64,000 nucleotides of DNA. It comes from a bacterium. GTDB taxonomy: Bacteria; Hinthialibacterota; Hinthialibacteria; Hinthialibacterales; Hinthialibacteraceae. The position numbers and the translations under genes are program-made. Positions 11,199 to 21,429 of this stretch are shown here, one piece after another. Numbering within the stretch: position 1 is the first letter of the stretch; every line of letters starts with the position of its first letter. The DNA lies in assembly GCA_963662285.2 (NCBI GenBank), contig CAXXMV010000008.1:704001-768000 (forward strand), written 5' to 3'. Under the pieces are notes generated by a model. It was not told the DNA's origin. It saw nothing but the letters and a program-made list of their open reading frames with translations, and did no database searches.

Positions 11199-13355
11199 TT
11201 AGCGCAGCATTCCAAGCTGATTTCGTTCCTTACATTCCTGCAGGCCGATACGGTCAAACGGGATCGGTTTGAATCCTGTTTCCCAGGCGGGTGAATCCTT
11301 TGGCAGTTGGAAACCGGTCTTTGGATCTCCAATCTGTTTCCGGTTGTTGGTCACAAAGTTACCATGAATATCAAATAGTGTCTCCTTCGCATGCCAGGTG
11401 ATTTCGATCCAGTCACCCATACAAACATTGTGAGCAATCACATTGCCTTCAGGCGGAACGCCTGTGAAGGCGTCACCGGCGATGGCGGCGCCGCCGGGTG
11501 AACCGTAATAGGCGTCAAGAGTCTTCATTTCGGGATAGCGCTTCCGGTATAGATCGAGAGGAACAGAGTTCAATCTGTCGCGCATGGTTTTATCCACCAT
11601 ATTGCGCCAAACCTGACTTGTATCCAGGCCACGGCCATCCGCCCGAACTGCTGGATCGCAGTCCACAAAAAGATTGTTTTCGACGCGATGATCGCGTCCG
11701 CCGCCAATAAACATCGCCCAATGAGCCTTATAGAACACATTGCCGAACACTTCCGTCCCGCTGATGCAATCATCCATATACACACCCATTGATCCCATTC
11801 CCACGCCGCCGGTTTCGTGGATGTAATTATGGCGTATGCGGTTGCCCCGGAATGTATAGTCCCGTCCTGTGTAGATTGCGCCGACATCACCAGTCTCCAA
11901 AGCTATGTGATGGATGTCGTTAAATTCAATGAGATGATCATTGCCCCAAAACAGGATGGCGCAATGGGGATGGTCATGAATTAGATTGTTCGACGCGCGC
12001 AAGCCAACGCCAGTCATGGAGACGGCGGGTACATAACATTTCGACCAGCGGCCCAGCCTTGCGAAATGGCAGTTCTCCACATAATGACCGCCTGGGGTGA
12101 GTGTTTGACGATCTCCACCCTCCAGGCTGACGCCGCCATCTCCGGTGTCAAAGATATCACAGCTTTGCACTCCGTGGTTCTTGCCGCCGCTAATCATGAC
12201 GGCCCAGTCGCCGATATTGCATACGAGACAACCCGCAATCCGATTGCCTTCTCCGCCGTTGATCTCAAAAGCGTTGCCCCGGGTTCCTTCAAAGACAATA
12301 CCGCGCATTGTGACATGGCTTGCGTCTTTAAGCGTCACAAGGGGCTGTTCCAATAGTGAAAATAACGCTTCGCCTGATTCAATCGGGCTGGGAGGCCAGA
12401 AATAGAGTATGCCCGCCTTTTTGTCCACATACCACTCGCCGGGTTCGTCAAGTTCCTCCAGGATGTTGAGGAAATAAAAACGCTGTTTTTTGTTAAATCC
12501 ATAATTCCCATAAGGTTCCGCTGTTCGGATGAATCGGCGCGTCACGTCTAATTCGGCGATCCGCTCATAACTGTTCGCCCAGTCATAAGCCCAATAGCCA
12601 TGAATCCAAATGTTTTCCTTGCTCTTCCATCGCGCTGGCCGGTCGCTTTCATAAAAAAATCCTCCCTCAAGCGATCCGATGTTCGTTCCGTGGCCATCAT
12701 CTGTACCGGTCTCTCTGGGAAAGTCTTGGATGTGTTCCCAATTACCCGCATTCGGCCAGCGCGCCAGCGTCATCGGCCGACTGTCAAAAAACAACTCTCC
12801 ATGAGCGGGCAGAGTCGGCCTGCCGAATCCGCGTGATTTCAACGCGCCGAAATCATGGATGCCCTGGATGCGTAGATCGGCCTGCAGAACGTTTTCCCGC
12901 GCGGATTCTTCGAGACGTTCGAGCAAATCACTGTCCGTGACCTTTGTGAATCCTTTAAGAACAGTTCCGCCGAGGATTCGCACTCGTTCGTTTTTGTAGG
13001 CTCGCCACACAATAGGCGCATCCGGCGTTCCCGAATCTTCGGCTGAAAGTTCCAGTGATTTGCTTCTGATATAGTCGCCGCCGCGAAGCCAGATGGTTAA
13101 ACCGTTATCGGGCAGGACTGCATTACGCTTGATTTCCCGTACCGCGTCACGGGCTCGTTCCAGCGTAGCAAATGGTTTTTGCTCCGTCCCTGCATTATGA
13201 TCGTCTCCCTTGGGCGATACGAAGATATCCGCGTTAGCGGTTATGCTTAAAAGCCATAACGCCAAAATCCCCATCAAACTCAGCGCCTTCGATGAATGCT
13301 TAATCTCATATATTTTTTCAGACAAACACGATCTGTCACAATACGTTGTCTTCAT
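11199..13355 (-). CDS. Secreted right-handed beta-helix protein, GH141-like
   Basis: FVSPKGDDHNAGT…PFATLERARDAVR, LARWPN, ELDEPGEWY, DVGAIY and GVYMDD motifs; PbH1-type repeats. Confidence 0.8.
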   Translation of the reverse strand: MKTTYCDRSCLSEKIYEIKHSSKALSLMGILALWLLSITANADIFVSPKGDDHNAGTEQKPFATLERARDAVREIKRNAVLPDNGLTIWLRGGDYIRSKSLELSAEDSGTPDAPIVWRAYKNERVRILGGTVLKGFTKVTDSDLLERLEESARENVLQADLRIQGIHDFGALKSRGFGRPTLPAHGELFFDSRPMTLARWPNAGNWEHIQDFPRETGTDDGHGTNIGSLEGGFFYESDRPARWKSKENIWIHGYWAYDWANSYERIAELDVTRRFIRTAEPYGNYGFNKKQRFYFLNILEELDEPGEWYVDKKAGILYFWPPSPIESGEALFSLLEQPLVTLKDASHVTMRGIVFEGTRGNAFEINGGEGNRIAGCLVCNIGDWAVMISGGKNHGVQSCDIFDTGDGGVSLEGGDRQTLTPGGHYVENCHFARLGRWSKCYVPAVSMTGVGLRASNNLIHDHPHCAILFWGNDHLIEFNDIHHIALETGDVGAIYTGRDYTFRGNRIRHNYIHETGGVGMGSMGVYMDDCISGTEVFGNVFYKAHWAMFIGGGRDHRVENNLFVDCDPAVRADGRGLDTSQVWRNMVDKTMRDRLNSVPLDLYRKRYPEMKTLDAYYGSPGGAAIAGDAFTGVPPEGNVIAHNVCMGDWIEITWHAKETLFDIHGNFVTNNRKQIGDPKTGFQLPKDSPAWETGFKPIPFDRIGLQECKERNQLGMLR

Positions 13356-13445
13356 TTGGATATCGTCTCCCTTTTGTTTGTTCCCGAGTCATGGATCAAT
13401 CACAGATTGTGAATTGAAAGATTTAACTTATTTGTTAACATCCAG

Positions 13446-15374
13446 TCATTTTAATGCATCAGCATTGTACTGATCATATCCCTCTTCCATCCATTTCCAA
13501 ATCGCCTCATTCCATTGTCCGACGCGTTTTTTCTCCTGTTCTGTCTGTGCGAATGATTGAGCTTTATTTATCAGAGCGCCAAGTTGATTCATTCGATCTG
13601 CTGTTCCCAAGCGCGTCCAAGCGACATTTTTCCAATCGATGCCGTTGCGCTTATACAGAGGCGGCGGATAGTTCTTGGGATTGCAGGCGATCTCTTCAAT
13701 TAGTCGATAAAATTTCTCCATCGGTTCTGCAGCCGCGCCGAAATACCGGACAAAAAATTCATTCAAGATGGCGTCCTCATTCTGGTCTGGATCATCCCAA
13801 ATTTTGGCAATCACGTATCCTTCCAGCATGTCCTGTTCGCCGCACACGAAGATCCCCCGAATGCCGTCTTTGATGAACATCCTCATTGTCCGCACGGACT
13901 CATGCACCATCATGTTAGGAAAACATTTCCATTTATAAATCAAGGCTGGTTCCATCGGATGATGGTAGTAGTTCCATAGAAAGATCGGCGCTTTGGTTTT
14001 TTTCAACCAATCCTTATATAATTTCATATCGTTTTCGCGGATATCTTTGTGAATGGCGTAAAGGCACGTGTGCAGACAGGGAGCAACAGATACGTTAGGC
14101 TCAATATCGAAACCTTGGGGCGGCAAGGCGTAGTTCCAATAAGCGAGCGTCGCGATGTATTTATCGGGATGAGTTTTACGCACTTCCCTTGCAACGGCGT
14201 TTACGAAGGAAAAGAAATAGTTGCTGACCGTGCCGCTGCTGAACTGGCCGGTATTCATGTCCTTACCTGAGTTCAACAACGCCTTGCACCGTTCGCATTG
14301 GCAAAAGTTCGAATTGTCATCCGGAACAATCGCGAAATAATCACCTACCGCTTTCCAGCCCTCGGGTGCGTTCTTCTTGCCATCAAAGAAATCCCTCGCC
14401 ATCTGAGCAACTTCTTCGATCAGCAACGGATTGGTATAACAGAGTTGCGTTCCACGACCCGGTCCTTGCGCTTGGTACACGGGATTTTTAAACATGGCTT
14501 GAATGGTCTTGGGGTGGAACGTGTGGTTCCCTGCCCACTTCTCGCCGCCAAGACGCAAGCGCCGCCAAAACAGATATTTCTCAGATTGTGTTGTGGAGCC
14601 CCACTGGCTTTTCATGAACGGCCAATTGCCCGCCCAAAGAGCATCGCGATATTTTAGGGCTGGAGATCGTCGGATGTCTGTTCCCTTGACCGTAAGCGAT
14701 GTCTGCGAGGGAATAACGACGCTCGAGTCGTTTGGCCCATACCAGCGCACATTGCAAAACTGTTCGATAAAATGATATGCGGCGTAACATGTCCCTTGGT
14801 CATCGTAAACTCCCGGAAGTTCCATCTCGCCCGTGCTACGTTCCGGATATCCTACGGTTTTCCAGTAATCGATACGCTGCCGGGTATCTTCCAGAGTATT
14901 CCCGCAATTCATCGGACGGCCAAATTCTCGCCGATTAGACGCTGTATCTTCCCAATCGCGCCCAATAAGGATCAACGTGTTTGGCCGAAAAGCAATGAGA
15001 TATTCCTGTGGAGCGAAATCCTCTCCTTTAATCCCCAACTCACGCGTGGCTGCGCTATCTCCGATAAGCACGCGGTTTCCTTTGATTTTTTTGCTATCAG
15101 TGCGAATGGGCGCTTCAGCGCCCGTGATCTTCAGTATGTGGAATTGAAGTTCCAAGGCCGCCAGGCGAGCCGCCGGTGTCGGATTCTCCGACACGACAAT
15201 AGCGCACATAGGCTTTCCATTATGCGCCAGACAAAATTCGGATTCGGCAGATTCTGAGATCGCAAGCTGGCTGAAAATAGCGAATAAAACGCCTATCAGT
15301 ATGCTGAGAGGCAGAATGTATGATGTTGTTGATTTGAACATTTCCCTAGGCTCCTCGATGTTAGGCGCTACCAA
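13446..15374 (-). CDS. DUF4838-family secreted putative glycoside hydrolase
   Basis: Signal peptide; AALELQFHILKITGA, GTCYAAYHF, QLCYTNP, PDDNSNFCQCERC, FVNAVAREV…TLAY. Confidence 0.8.
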   Translation of the reverse strand: MVAPNIEEPREMFKSTTSYILPLSILIGVLFAIFSQLAISESAESEFCLAHNGKPMCAIVVSENPTPAARLAALELQFHILKITGAEAPIRTDSKKIKGNRVLIGDSAATRELGIKGEDFAPQEYLIAFRPNTLILIGRDWEDTASNRREFGRPMNCGNTLEDTRQRIDYWKTVGYPERSTGEMELPGVYDDQGTCYAAYHFIEQFCNVRWYGPNDSSVVIPSQTSLTVKGTDIRRSPALKYRDALWAGNWPFMKSQWGSTTQSEKYLFWRRLRLGGEKWAGNHTFHPKTIQAMFKNPVYQAQGPGRGTQLCYTNPLLIEEVAQMARDFFDGKKNAPEGWKAVGDYFAIVPDDNSNFCQCERCKALLNSGKDMNTGQFSSGTVSNYFFSFVNAVAREVRKTHPDKYIATLAYWNYALPPQGFDIEPNVSVAPCLHTCLYAIHKDIRENDMKLYKDWLKKTKAPIFLWNYYHHPMEPALIYKWKCFPNMMVHESVRTMRMFIKDGIRGIFVCGEQDMLEGYVIAKIWDDPDQNEDAILNEFFVRYFGAAAEPMEKFYRLIEEIACNPKNYPPPLYKRNGIDWKNVAWTRLGTADRMNQLGALINKAQSFAQTEQEKKRVGQWNEAIWKWMEEGYDQYNADALK

Positions 15375-15391
15375 AACGCTTTTTAATCCTT

Positions 15392-15751
15392 TTGAGGATT
15401 ATACGATTTGAATTTACTGTCACAACCAATCTCTCATTAAACCAAATCATCTTTACAATAGTTCAAATATCAGATCATAATAACCGTAGATTTCTTATAG
15501 AAAACGTTCAATCAGCAAATCATACAATACATTGTACAACAATTTATCGATGCCTGGAAAAGCAAAAAGCGGGGGATGCAGGTTTACGAAGAAAAACTGG
15601 TAGTGGACGTCCACGGAAATTAAAAGAACTGAATAGTAAACAAATGCAAGACATTATATTGAAGCCAGCTACTGAATATGGCTATGAAACGGATTTTTGG
15701 ACATGCAAACTTCTTCAAGAAGTCATCACGAATGAATTTAATAAGAATTAA
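15392..15751 (+). pseudogene. IS630-family transposase N-terminal (HTH) fragment
   Basis: TTIYR…GSGRPRKL…PATEYGYETDFWT motif typical of the IS630 HTH region; no DDE domain follows. Confidence 0.65.
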
Positions 15752-17713
15752 TCAACGATACAATTCGTAATTCGTTACACCCGATTTAAAATCATTGAGA
15801 TTCCACAAGTACATCGCTGTATTTCTCGTTCCCGTTATAAATCCCGAACCATCGGGGATGAATTCGGTGTAGGTGGATTTCCCATCAAGCGTATGAATTA
15901 TTTCACCTGACGAGGCATTCCATAATTGGATCACATCACCCGTTTCTGTTCTTCCCGATGTTATAACATAGGAACCATCGGGAGAAATAGCGGAGGAAAA
16001 GATTCCTCTATCAAATTCGTCCATACCTTGGCAGAATGCACCAAATTCATGAAGAATCTCACCGGTTATTATGTCGATTAAATAAGCGCGGCTGTTATCT
16101 TCCAGCAGTGCAAGAGATGTTTTATTTACATATCCGGATAATTTCATTTCACTATCCAGGATCTCGTCTCCGGATTGCACATCGAAAATCTTTGTGAAGT
16201 ATAAATTTCCTGAATCCAATACATAGAAAACACCGCCAGCAAGAAGAATCTTGCCATCCTCCGATAAATGAACCGTATCAATGATGGGGTGTATTATCAA
16301 ACCCCATCCCTCAATATTTTTTACAAAAGAAAAATCCCGTATTGTTTCCCCTGTTTCAGCATCCCAAAGAGACACTTTTCCTTTATGCCCGGTCACATTT
16401 AATTTCCCATCAAATGAAGAAGTGAAAGCAAATACATCAAATTTTAAATCAAAGAAAGAAGTAGACTCTTTATTTGACGGGAATGTTTTTGTCAGCATGA
16501 TTTCTCCGCTTGTCATATCTATTGAGTCGAGGATTGTAGATTCGTCATTCAAGGTGTAAACCATCTGCAACAATCCATTGGAAGAAAAGGCGAACATGGA
16601 TGTTTCCGGCTGAATATCGAATGATGGGATAAAACTTGTCTGACCGGTTAAATCCCAAAATAAAATGGTATTTTCACAGTGCATATTGTCGGCTAAAGTG
16701 ATAAAAATCGTACTGTCAGGAGATAAAGCATAAGAATCAATTCCATCAAGATGACCGGCAAAATTCCGTATAACTGTACTGCTGCTCAAATCCCAAAGTT
16801 TCAGGATTCCAATAACCGAACCACAAAAAACCTGATTTCCATCCGTGGCGTATTGGATAAATCGGATAGGAGTTGAATAATCACCAAAGGTTTGAATCCA
16901 TTCTCCGGTTTCAACATCCCATTGGCTGATGGTTCCATCCGAACCAGTCAATACGGTTTTTTCATCTTTCGCGAGAGCGATTGAATTGCAGTTCTCTGTA
17001 TACTGCCGGATAATCTCACCGGTTTCGAGATCCCATAGCAAAGCCAGACCATTCCAACCGCCTGTAAACAATCGTTTCCCATCCGCTGAGAAGTCAGCAA
17101 AAATCGGTCCTCCATGCCCCGTGTGTTTAGATAATGTATGAATCAAAGCCCCGGTTTGCGTATTCCAAACTCTGATAACGTCATGCGCTCCTTCACCTAA
17201 ATGAGGAGTAATAATCTTGCTGCCGTCTGGAGAAAATTTCACGGGTCCTTGCCTTATCCCTTTCTTATAATTAAAAGACATGACAATCTCCAGTGTGTTT
17301 ATATTGATTAACTTGTCTTCCAGGAGTATTTGCTTTCCATCCGGTGAAAAATCGACAGCTCTTGCGGAATATGGAATTGTTAAAATATGCTTACCGGTTA
17401 GAACATCCCATAATGTGGCGTGTTCTTCTCCGCCCGCCAATAGTTGCGTCCCATCCGGTGAAAAAGCGATTCCATAATATTCCACTGGATCTTTAAAATG
17501 CTGAGTGATCTTTCCCGTTTCCAAACTCCAGATAAACACGCCGCCATTGCCGCCTGTGGCAAAGTGCTTACCATCGGAGGAAACATCGATTATGTGAAGC
17601 TCATTGAGACCCGGCATCCAAACCGGCTCGATCTCTTTTGCGTCTACTGAGATTTGAATGAATAGAATGATTGCGGTAATGATTCTATTCATTAAATAAA
17701 TAAATTTGTTCAT
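15752..17713 (-). CDS. Secreted WD40 beta-propeller protein
   Basis: Signal peptide; many FSPDG…LWD repeats; C-terminus SGVTNYELYR. Confidence 0.9.
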   Translation of the reverse strand: MNKFIYLMNRIITAIILFIQISVDAKEIEPVWMPGLNELHIIDVSSDGKHFATGGNGGVFIWSLETGKITQHFKDPVEYYGIAFSPDGTQLLAGGEEHATLWDVLTGKHILTIPYSARAVDFSPDGKQILLEDKLININTLEIVMSFNYKKGIRQGPVKFSPDGSKIITPHLGEGAHDVIRVWNTQTGALIHTLSKHTGHGGPIFADFSADGKRLFTGGWNGLALLWDLETGEIIRQYTENCNSIALAKDEKTVLTGSDGTISQWDVETGEWIQTFGDYSTPIRFIQYATDGNQVFCGSVIGILKLWDLSSSTVIRNFAGHLDGIDSYALSPDSTIFITLADNMHCENTILFWDLTGQTSFIPSFDIQPETSMFAFSSNGLLQMVYTLNDESTILDSIDMTSGEIMLTKTFPSNKESTSFFDLKFDVFAFTSSFDGKLNVTGHKGKVSLWDAETGETIRDFSFVKNIEGWGLIIHPIIDTVHLSEDGKILLAGGVFYVLDSGNLYFTKIFDVQSGDEILDSEMKLSGYVNKTSLALLEDNSRAYLIDIITGEILHEFGAFCQGMDEFDRGIFSSAISPDGSYVITSGRTETGDVIQLWNASSGEIIHTLDGKSTYTEFIPDGSGFITGTRNTAMYLWNLNDFKSGVTNYELYR

Positions 17714-17753
17714 GTTGACATCACCCCATTATGATTTAGCTGACAAATCCTTC

Positions 17754-19505
17754 TTATTGATAATCCCGATAGTTCGTAACCTCAGAAAGAAATGATGGGG
17801 ATTCCCAAAATCGTATGGTTCCGTCACTGCCAGTGGATAAAATACGCCTGTCCTTGAGTAAGTAGATAGAACTTATTAAACCCAGGTGAGCGCAAAACGA
17901 AGATTGTACTGTCAAGGAATTTACATCTGCGATAAGAATATTATGTTTGAATTCCCAGATTCCTTCTTCTAAGATAATATACCCCGCACCGGGAGAAAAG
18001 GCCGCGGATTCCGTATAGCCCAAAGAGATATGATCGCGAAGTTGGAGCCCCCTGGTTAAATCCCATAATTCTGAATCGTGATTATCATCCATCATGCCAG
18101 TACAAAAAAATAGCCATTGACTGTCGCCAGAAAATACAGGGGGAGGACGGGAAAAACGTCTTGGTATAGCCATAGTGTAAATCGGTGTTTTCGAGTCAAT
18201 GTCCCATAAAATTGCTTCATCGTCATCATCAAAAGTAAGTATCTTTGTACTATCCGGAGTGAAAAAAGCACGGTCTCCTGGAAATGTATGCAAAATGTTT
18301 CCAGAATAATCCAACAATGAGCCACCGTTCAGGATATATTTTCCGTCCGGGCTAAAGCCGATGGATCGATTATGGGAATAAATTGGGATCGCTAAAATTA
18401 TTTCTTTTGTCAATGCATCCATCAGTAACGTTCTAACATTTCCAGAACAAACTTTCAAGAGAACATGGTTTCCGTCTGGAGATAGAGCTAAAGAATACGG
18501 TTGATACTCTTCCCCATTGAATTCTGTGAGAACCGTTCCTGCTTCAAGATCCCAAAGTTTGGCCGTAAAGTCTGCATGACCGGTTAATAATAATTTCTGA
18601 TCGCGGGACAATGACGATGCTGCTATCCCTTCATTATGTCCCTGTATAACACGAATTACTTCGCCGGAATTCACATCCAGAACATGAATATCTCCATTGG
18701 TTTGACCAATGAGTATGTGATTGGATACCGGACAGAGCGCCGAAGGCAGAACGGAATTATAGTAGGAATGATACGATGAGGAAAAAACCGTTTCCATCGT
18801 TTCTGTATTCCATAAAGTCAAAAGTCCGGATTTTGAATTGACCAAAACATGTTTCCCATCCGAGGAAATATGAAGGTAGAATATTGTTCCCGCTAATTCG
18901 GGGAAGAGTCTTTCGGTTTTTCCTGTATTTAAATCCATCAATACCGCGTTTTGATTTTGGATGTAAATAATTTTATTTTCAGAAAAATAAAATTGAGTTG
19001 AGAAACTAAAATCCCCCTCCAACCCTTTATTCACTTTTACATTGTCTGATGTTTCCAGATTCCATATTCGCAGTTCATGAGAACCATGAAATAGAGATTC
19101 ATATTCATTGGTTAAAAAACTCGTTCCATCTGGAGAAAAATCGACAGATCTCACGATTCCAGAAGAGGTGAATCTCTTTAATATCCTACCGGTCATAACA
19201 TCGTATAATGTAATTAGGCCATCCCAACTGCCGGTCAGCAATTGATTGCCATCCGGAGAAAAATCCATGGATTGCACGTCTTCATGAGTTAAATAAAACA
19301 AAATTTCCCCCGTATTAAAATCCCAAAGATATCCTCCTCCATTCCCGCCTGTCGCAAGATATTTTTCATCGGGAGAAACAGCAATCGCCCTTAAATTCCC
19401 TAAGGAATATTGCTTAAGTGGTTTTTGAATTTGGTCTTGAGCGTATAGTTGTGATGATACGAGAAAGACAAGCAGGATAGAATGTGTCAAAAAAACGGGT
19501 TTCAT
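17754..19505 (-). CDS. Secreted WD40 beta-propeller protein (paralog of 19516..21393)
   Basis: Signal peptide; WD40 repeats; N- and C-terminal parts very similar to the neighbouring gene; ends SEVTNYRDYQ. Confidence 0.9.
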   Translation of the reverse strand: MKPVFLTHSILLVFLVSSQLYAQDQIQKPLKQYSLGNLRAIAVSPDEKYLATGGNGGGYLWDFNTGEILFYLTHEDVQSMDFSPDGNQLLTGSWDGLITLYDVMTGRILKRFTSSGIVRSVDFSPDGTSFLTNEYESLFHGSHELRIWNLETSDNVKVNKGLEGDFSFSTQFYFSENKIIYIQNQNAVLMDLNTGKTERLFPELAGTIFYLHISSDGKHVLVNSKSGLLTLWNTETMETVFSSSYHSYYNSVLPSALCPVSNHILIGQTNGDIHVLDVNSGEVIRVIQGHNEGIAASSLSRDQKLLLTGHADFTAKLWDLEAGTVLTEFNGEEYQPYSLALSPDGNHVLLKVCSGNVRTLLMDALTKEIILAIPIYSHNRSIGFSPDGKYILNGGSLLDYSGNILHTFPGDRAFFTPDSTKILTFDDDDEAILWDIDSKTPIYTMAIPRRFSRPPPVFSGDSQWLFFCTGMMDDNHDSELWDLTRGLQLRDHISLGYTESAAFSPGAGYIILEEGIWEFKHNILIADVNSLTVQSSFCAHLGLISSIYLLKDRRILSTGSDGTIRFWESPSFLSEVTNYRDYQ

Positions 19506-19515
19506 GTTTCACCTC

Positions 19516-21393
19516 TTATCGGTAATATTGATAGTCAGTAACAGTAGATAAGAATGATGGAACGTCCCAAAATCTTATAGTGCCATCTTCTCCGGTGGAT
19601 AAAATGCGCCGGTCATTAAGGAAATAAATGGAACTGGCAGGCCCTTTGTGAGCGCAAAAGGAAGATTTTGCTCTCATGGAATTGATGTCAAGAAATGAAA
19701 TTTTATGTTTGTTACTCCAGATCCCATCCTCGATAACAAGATATCTTGCCCCCGCAGAAAACGCAGCACTTTCTGTATAACCGGCAGATATGTCTCGGAT
19801 TTTAGTTCCCTTTGTTAAATCCCATAATTGTGAATCGTGGCTATCATCCATCATACCAGTACAAAAAAATAGAAGTTTACTATCTCTCGAAAATACAGGA
19901 GGAGGATAAGAAAAACGGCTCGGTATATCCATAGTATGAATCGGTTTTTTCGATTCTATATCCCATAAAATTGCTTCATCGTCATCATCAAAAGTAAGTA
20001 TCTTTGCACTATCCGGAGTAAAAAAAGCGCACTCTCCTTCAAACGTATGTATAAGATTTCCTAAATAATCCCGTAACGAACAACCGGTCAAGAGATAGTT
20101 TCCATCCTTGCTGAAACCAACCGTTCCACGATAGTGAGATAATGGAAATGTGAATAGTTTTTCTTTTGTTCTTGCATCCAGCATATACGCAGACTTTGGT
20201 TCTGAGCAACTGCATAACAAAACGTATTGTCCATCGGGGGACAGGGCAACATATCCTGATTCATAATTATCATCATTGAATTCTGTGAGAACAAGTCCTG
20301 TATTTAGATCCCATAGTTTCGCATAGCTAGTGAAATGCCCGGTCAGTAACAATTTTTGGTCCAGGGACAATGAAGACGCTGCAATTCCTTCATTATGCCC
20401 TTTAAAGGTTCGAATTACATCACCTTTACGTTCGTCCAAAACATCGATATCGCCATTGCTTTTTCCCGCAATTATACGCATTGAGCTTGGAAGGAAGGCA
20501 GTACAGCATAGATCATTAGAATAATGAGGTTTTGTAAATTCGATTTGGCCTGTACTAATATCCCATTTCGTTAATAGATCATTGGATGAAACTGTTAAGA
20601 GATATTTCCCATCTGGAGAAAAACACACTTCCCTTACAATTACTGAACCAAAAGTTGGAGTATCGTGATCGAAGATTTGGATTTCCTCACCCGTTTGTGC
20701 ATCATACAATATGGCGGCTCCCTTAATTCCAATCACTGCATATTTTTCATCAGAAGAAATATCCACGGAATTGATATTGTAATAATTTCCGCCTTCGTGA
20801 TAGCGCTTAAACGTTTGCAAGATTGTTTGCGTTTCAACATCATATAATTCGGATTTTCCGTATTCGGCAGTGAGAATTTTTGTACCTGAAGGAGTGAATC
20901 GGGCTTCGGAGGGATATGATTCATAGAATTCGTAGTTTTCACCTGTTTCGAGATTCCATATGAGAAACATGCTCGAGCCAAAAATGTACCATCCACAGGA
21001 GAGGAAACTTTTACCATCCGGAGAGAAATCGACAGAGAAAACAACTTCAGGAGAACTGTATTTCTTTTTCACTGTCCCGGTTCTCGTATCGTATAGTGTA
21101 ATTATTCCATTAACATTCCCTGTTAGCAAAAGGGCGCCATCCGGAGAAAAATCCATCGTCCAAACGTCTTCATGAGTGAGATAAAATAATATTTTTCCGG
21201 TATTGAAATCCCAGAGATAAGCCCCCCCGGATCCTCCCGTAGCGAGATATTTTTCATCGGGAGAAACAGCAATCGCCCTTAAATTCCCCAAGGAATATTG
21301 TTTGAGTGGTTTTTGAATGTGATCTTGTGCGTATGATTGTAATGATACGAGAAAGACAAGCAAAAGAGTATGTATCATAAAACCTGATTTCAT
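19516..21393 (-). CDS. Secreted WD40 beta-propeller protein
   Basis: Likely start MKSGF; signal peptide; WD40 repeats; ends STVTDYQYYR. Confidence 0.9.
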   Translation of the reverse strand: MKSGFMIHTLLLVFLVSLQSYAQDHIQKPLKQYSLGNLRAIAVSPDEKYLATGGSGGAYLWDFNTGKILFYLTHEDVWTMDFSPDGALLLTGNVNGIITLYDTRTGTVKKKYSSPEVVFSVDFSPDGKSFLSCGWYIFGSSMFLIWNLETGENYEFYESYPSEARFTPSGTKILTAEYGKSELYDVETQTILQTFKRYHEGGNYYNINSVDISSDEKYAVIGIKGAAILYDAQTGEEIQIFDHDTPTFGSVIVREVCFSPDGKYLLTVSSNDLLTKWDISTGQIEFTKPHYSNDLCCTAFLPSSMRIIAGKSNGDIDVLDERKGDVIRTFKGHNEGIAASSLSLDQKLLLTGHFTSYAKLWDLNTGLVLTEFNDDNYESGYVALSPDGQYVLLCSCSEPKSAYMLDARTKEKLFTFPLSHYRGTVGFSKDGNYLLTGCSLRDYLGNLIHTFEGECAFFTPDSAKILTFDDDDEAILWDIESKKPIHTMDIPSRFSYPPPVFSRDSKLLFFCTGMMDDSHDSQLWDLTKGTKIRDISAGYTESAAFSAGARYLVIEDGIWSNKHKISFLDINSMRAKSSFCAHKGPASSIYFLNDRRILSTGEDGTIRFWDVPSFLSTVTDYQYYR

Positions 21394-21429
21394 TGTCTCT
21401 CTTCCTTCAGTTTTGGTCTGCCTGAACAA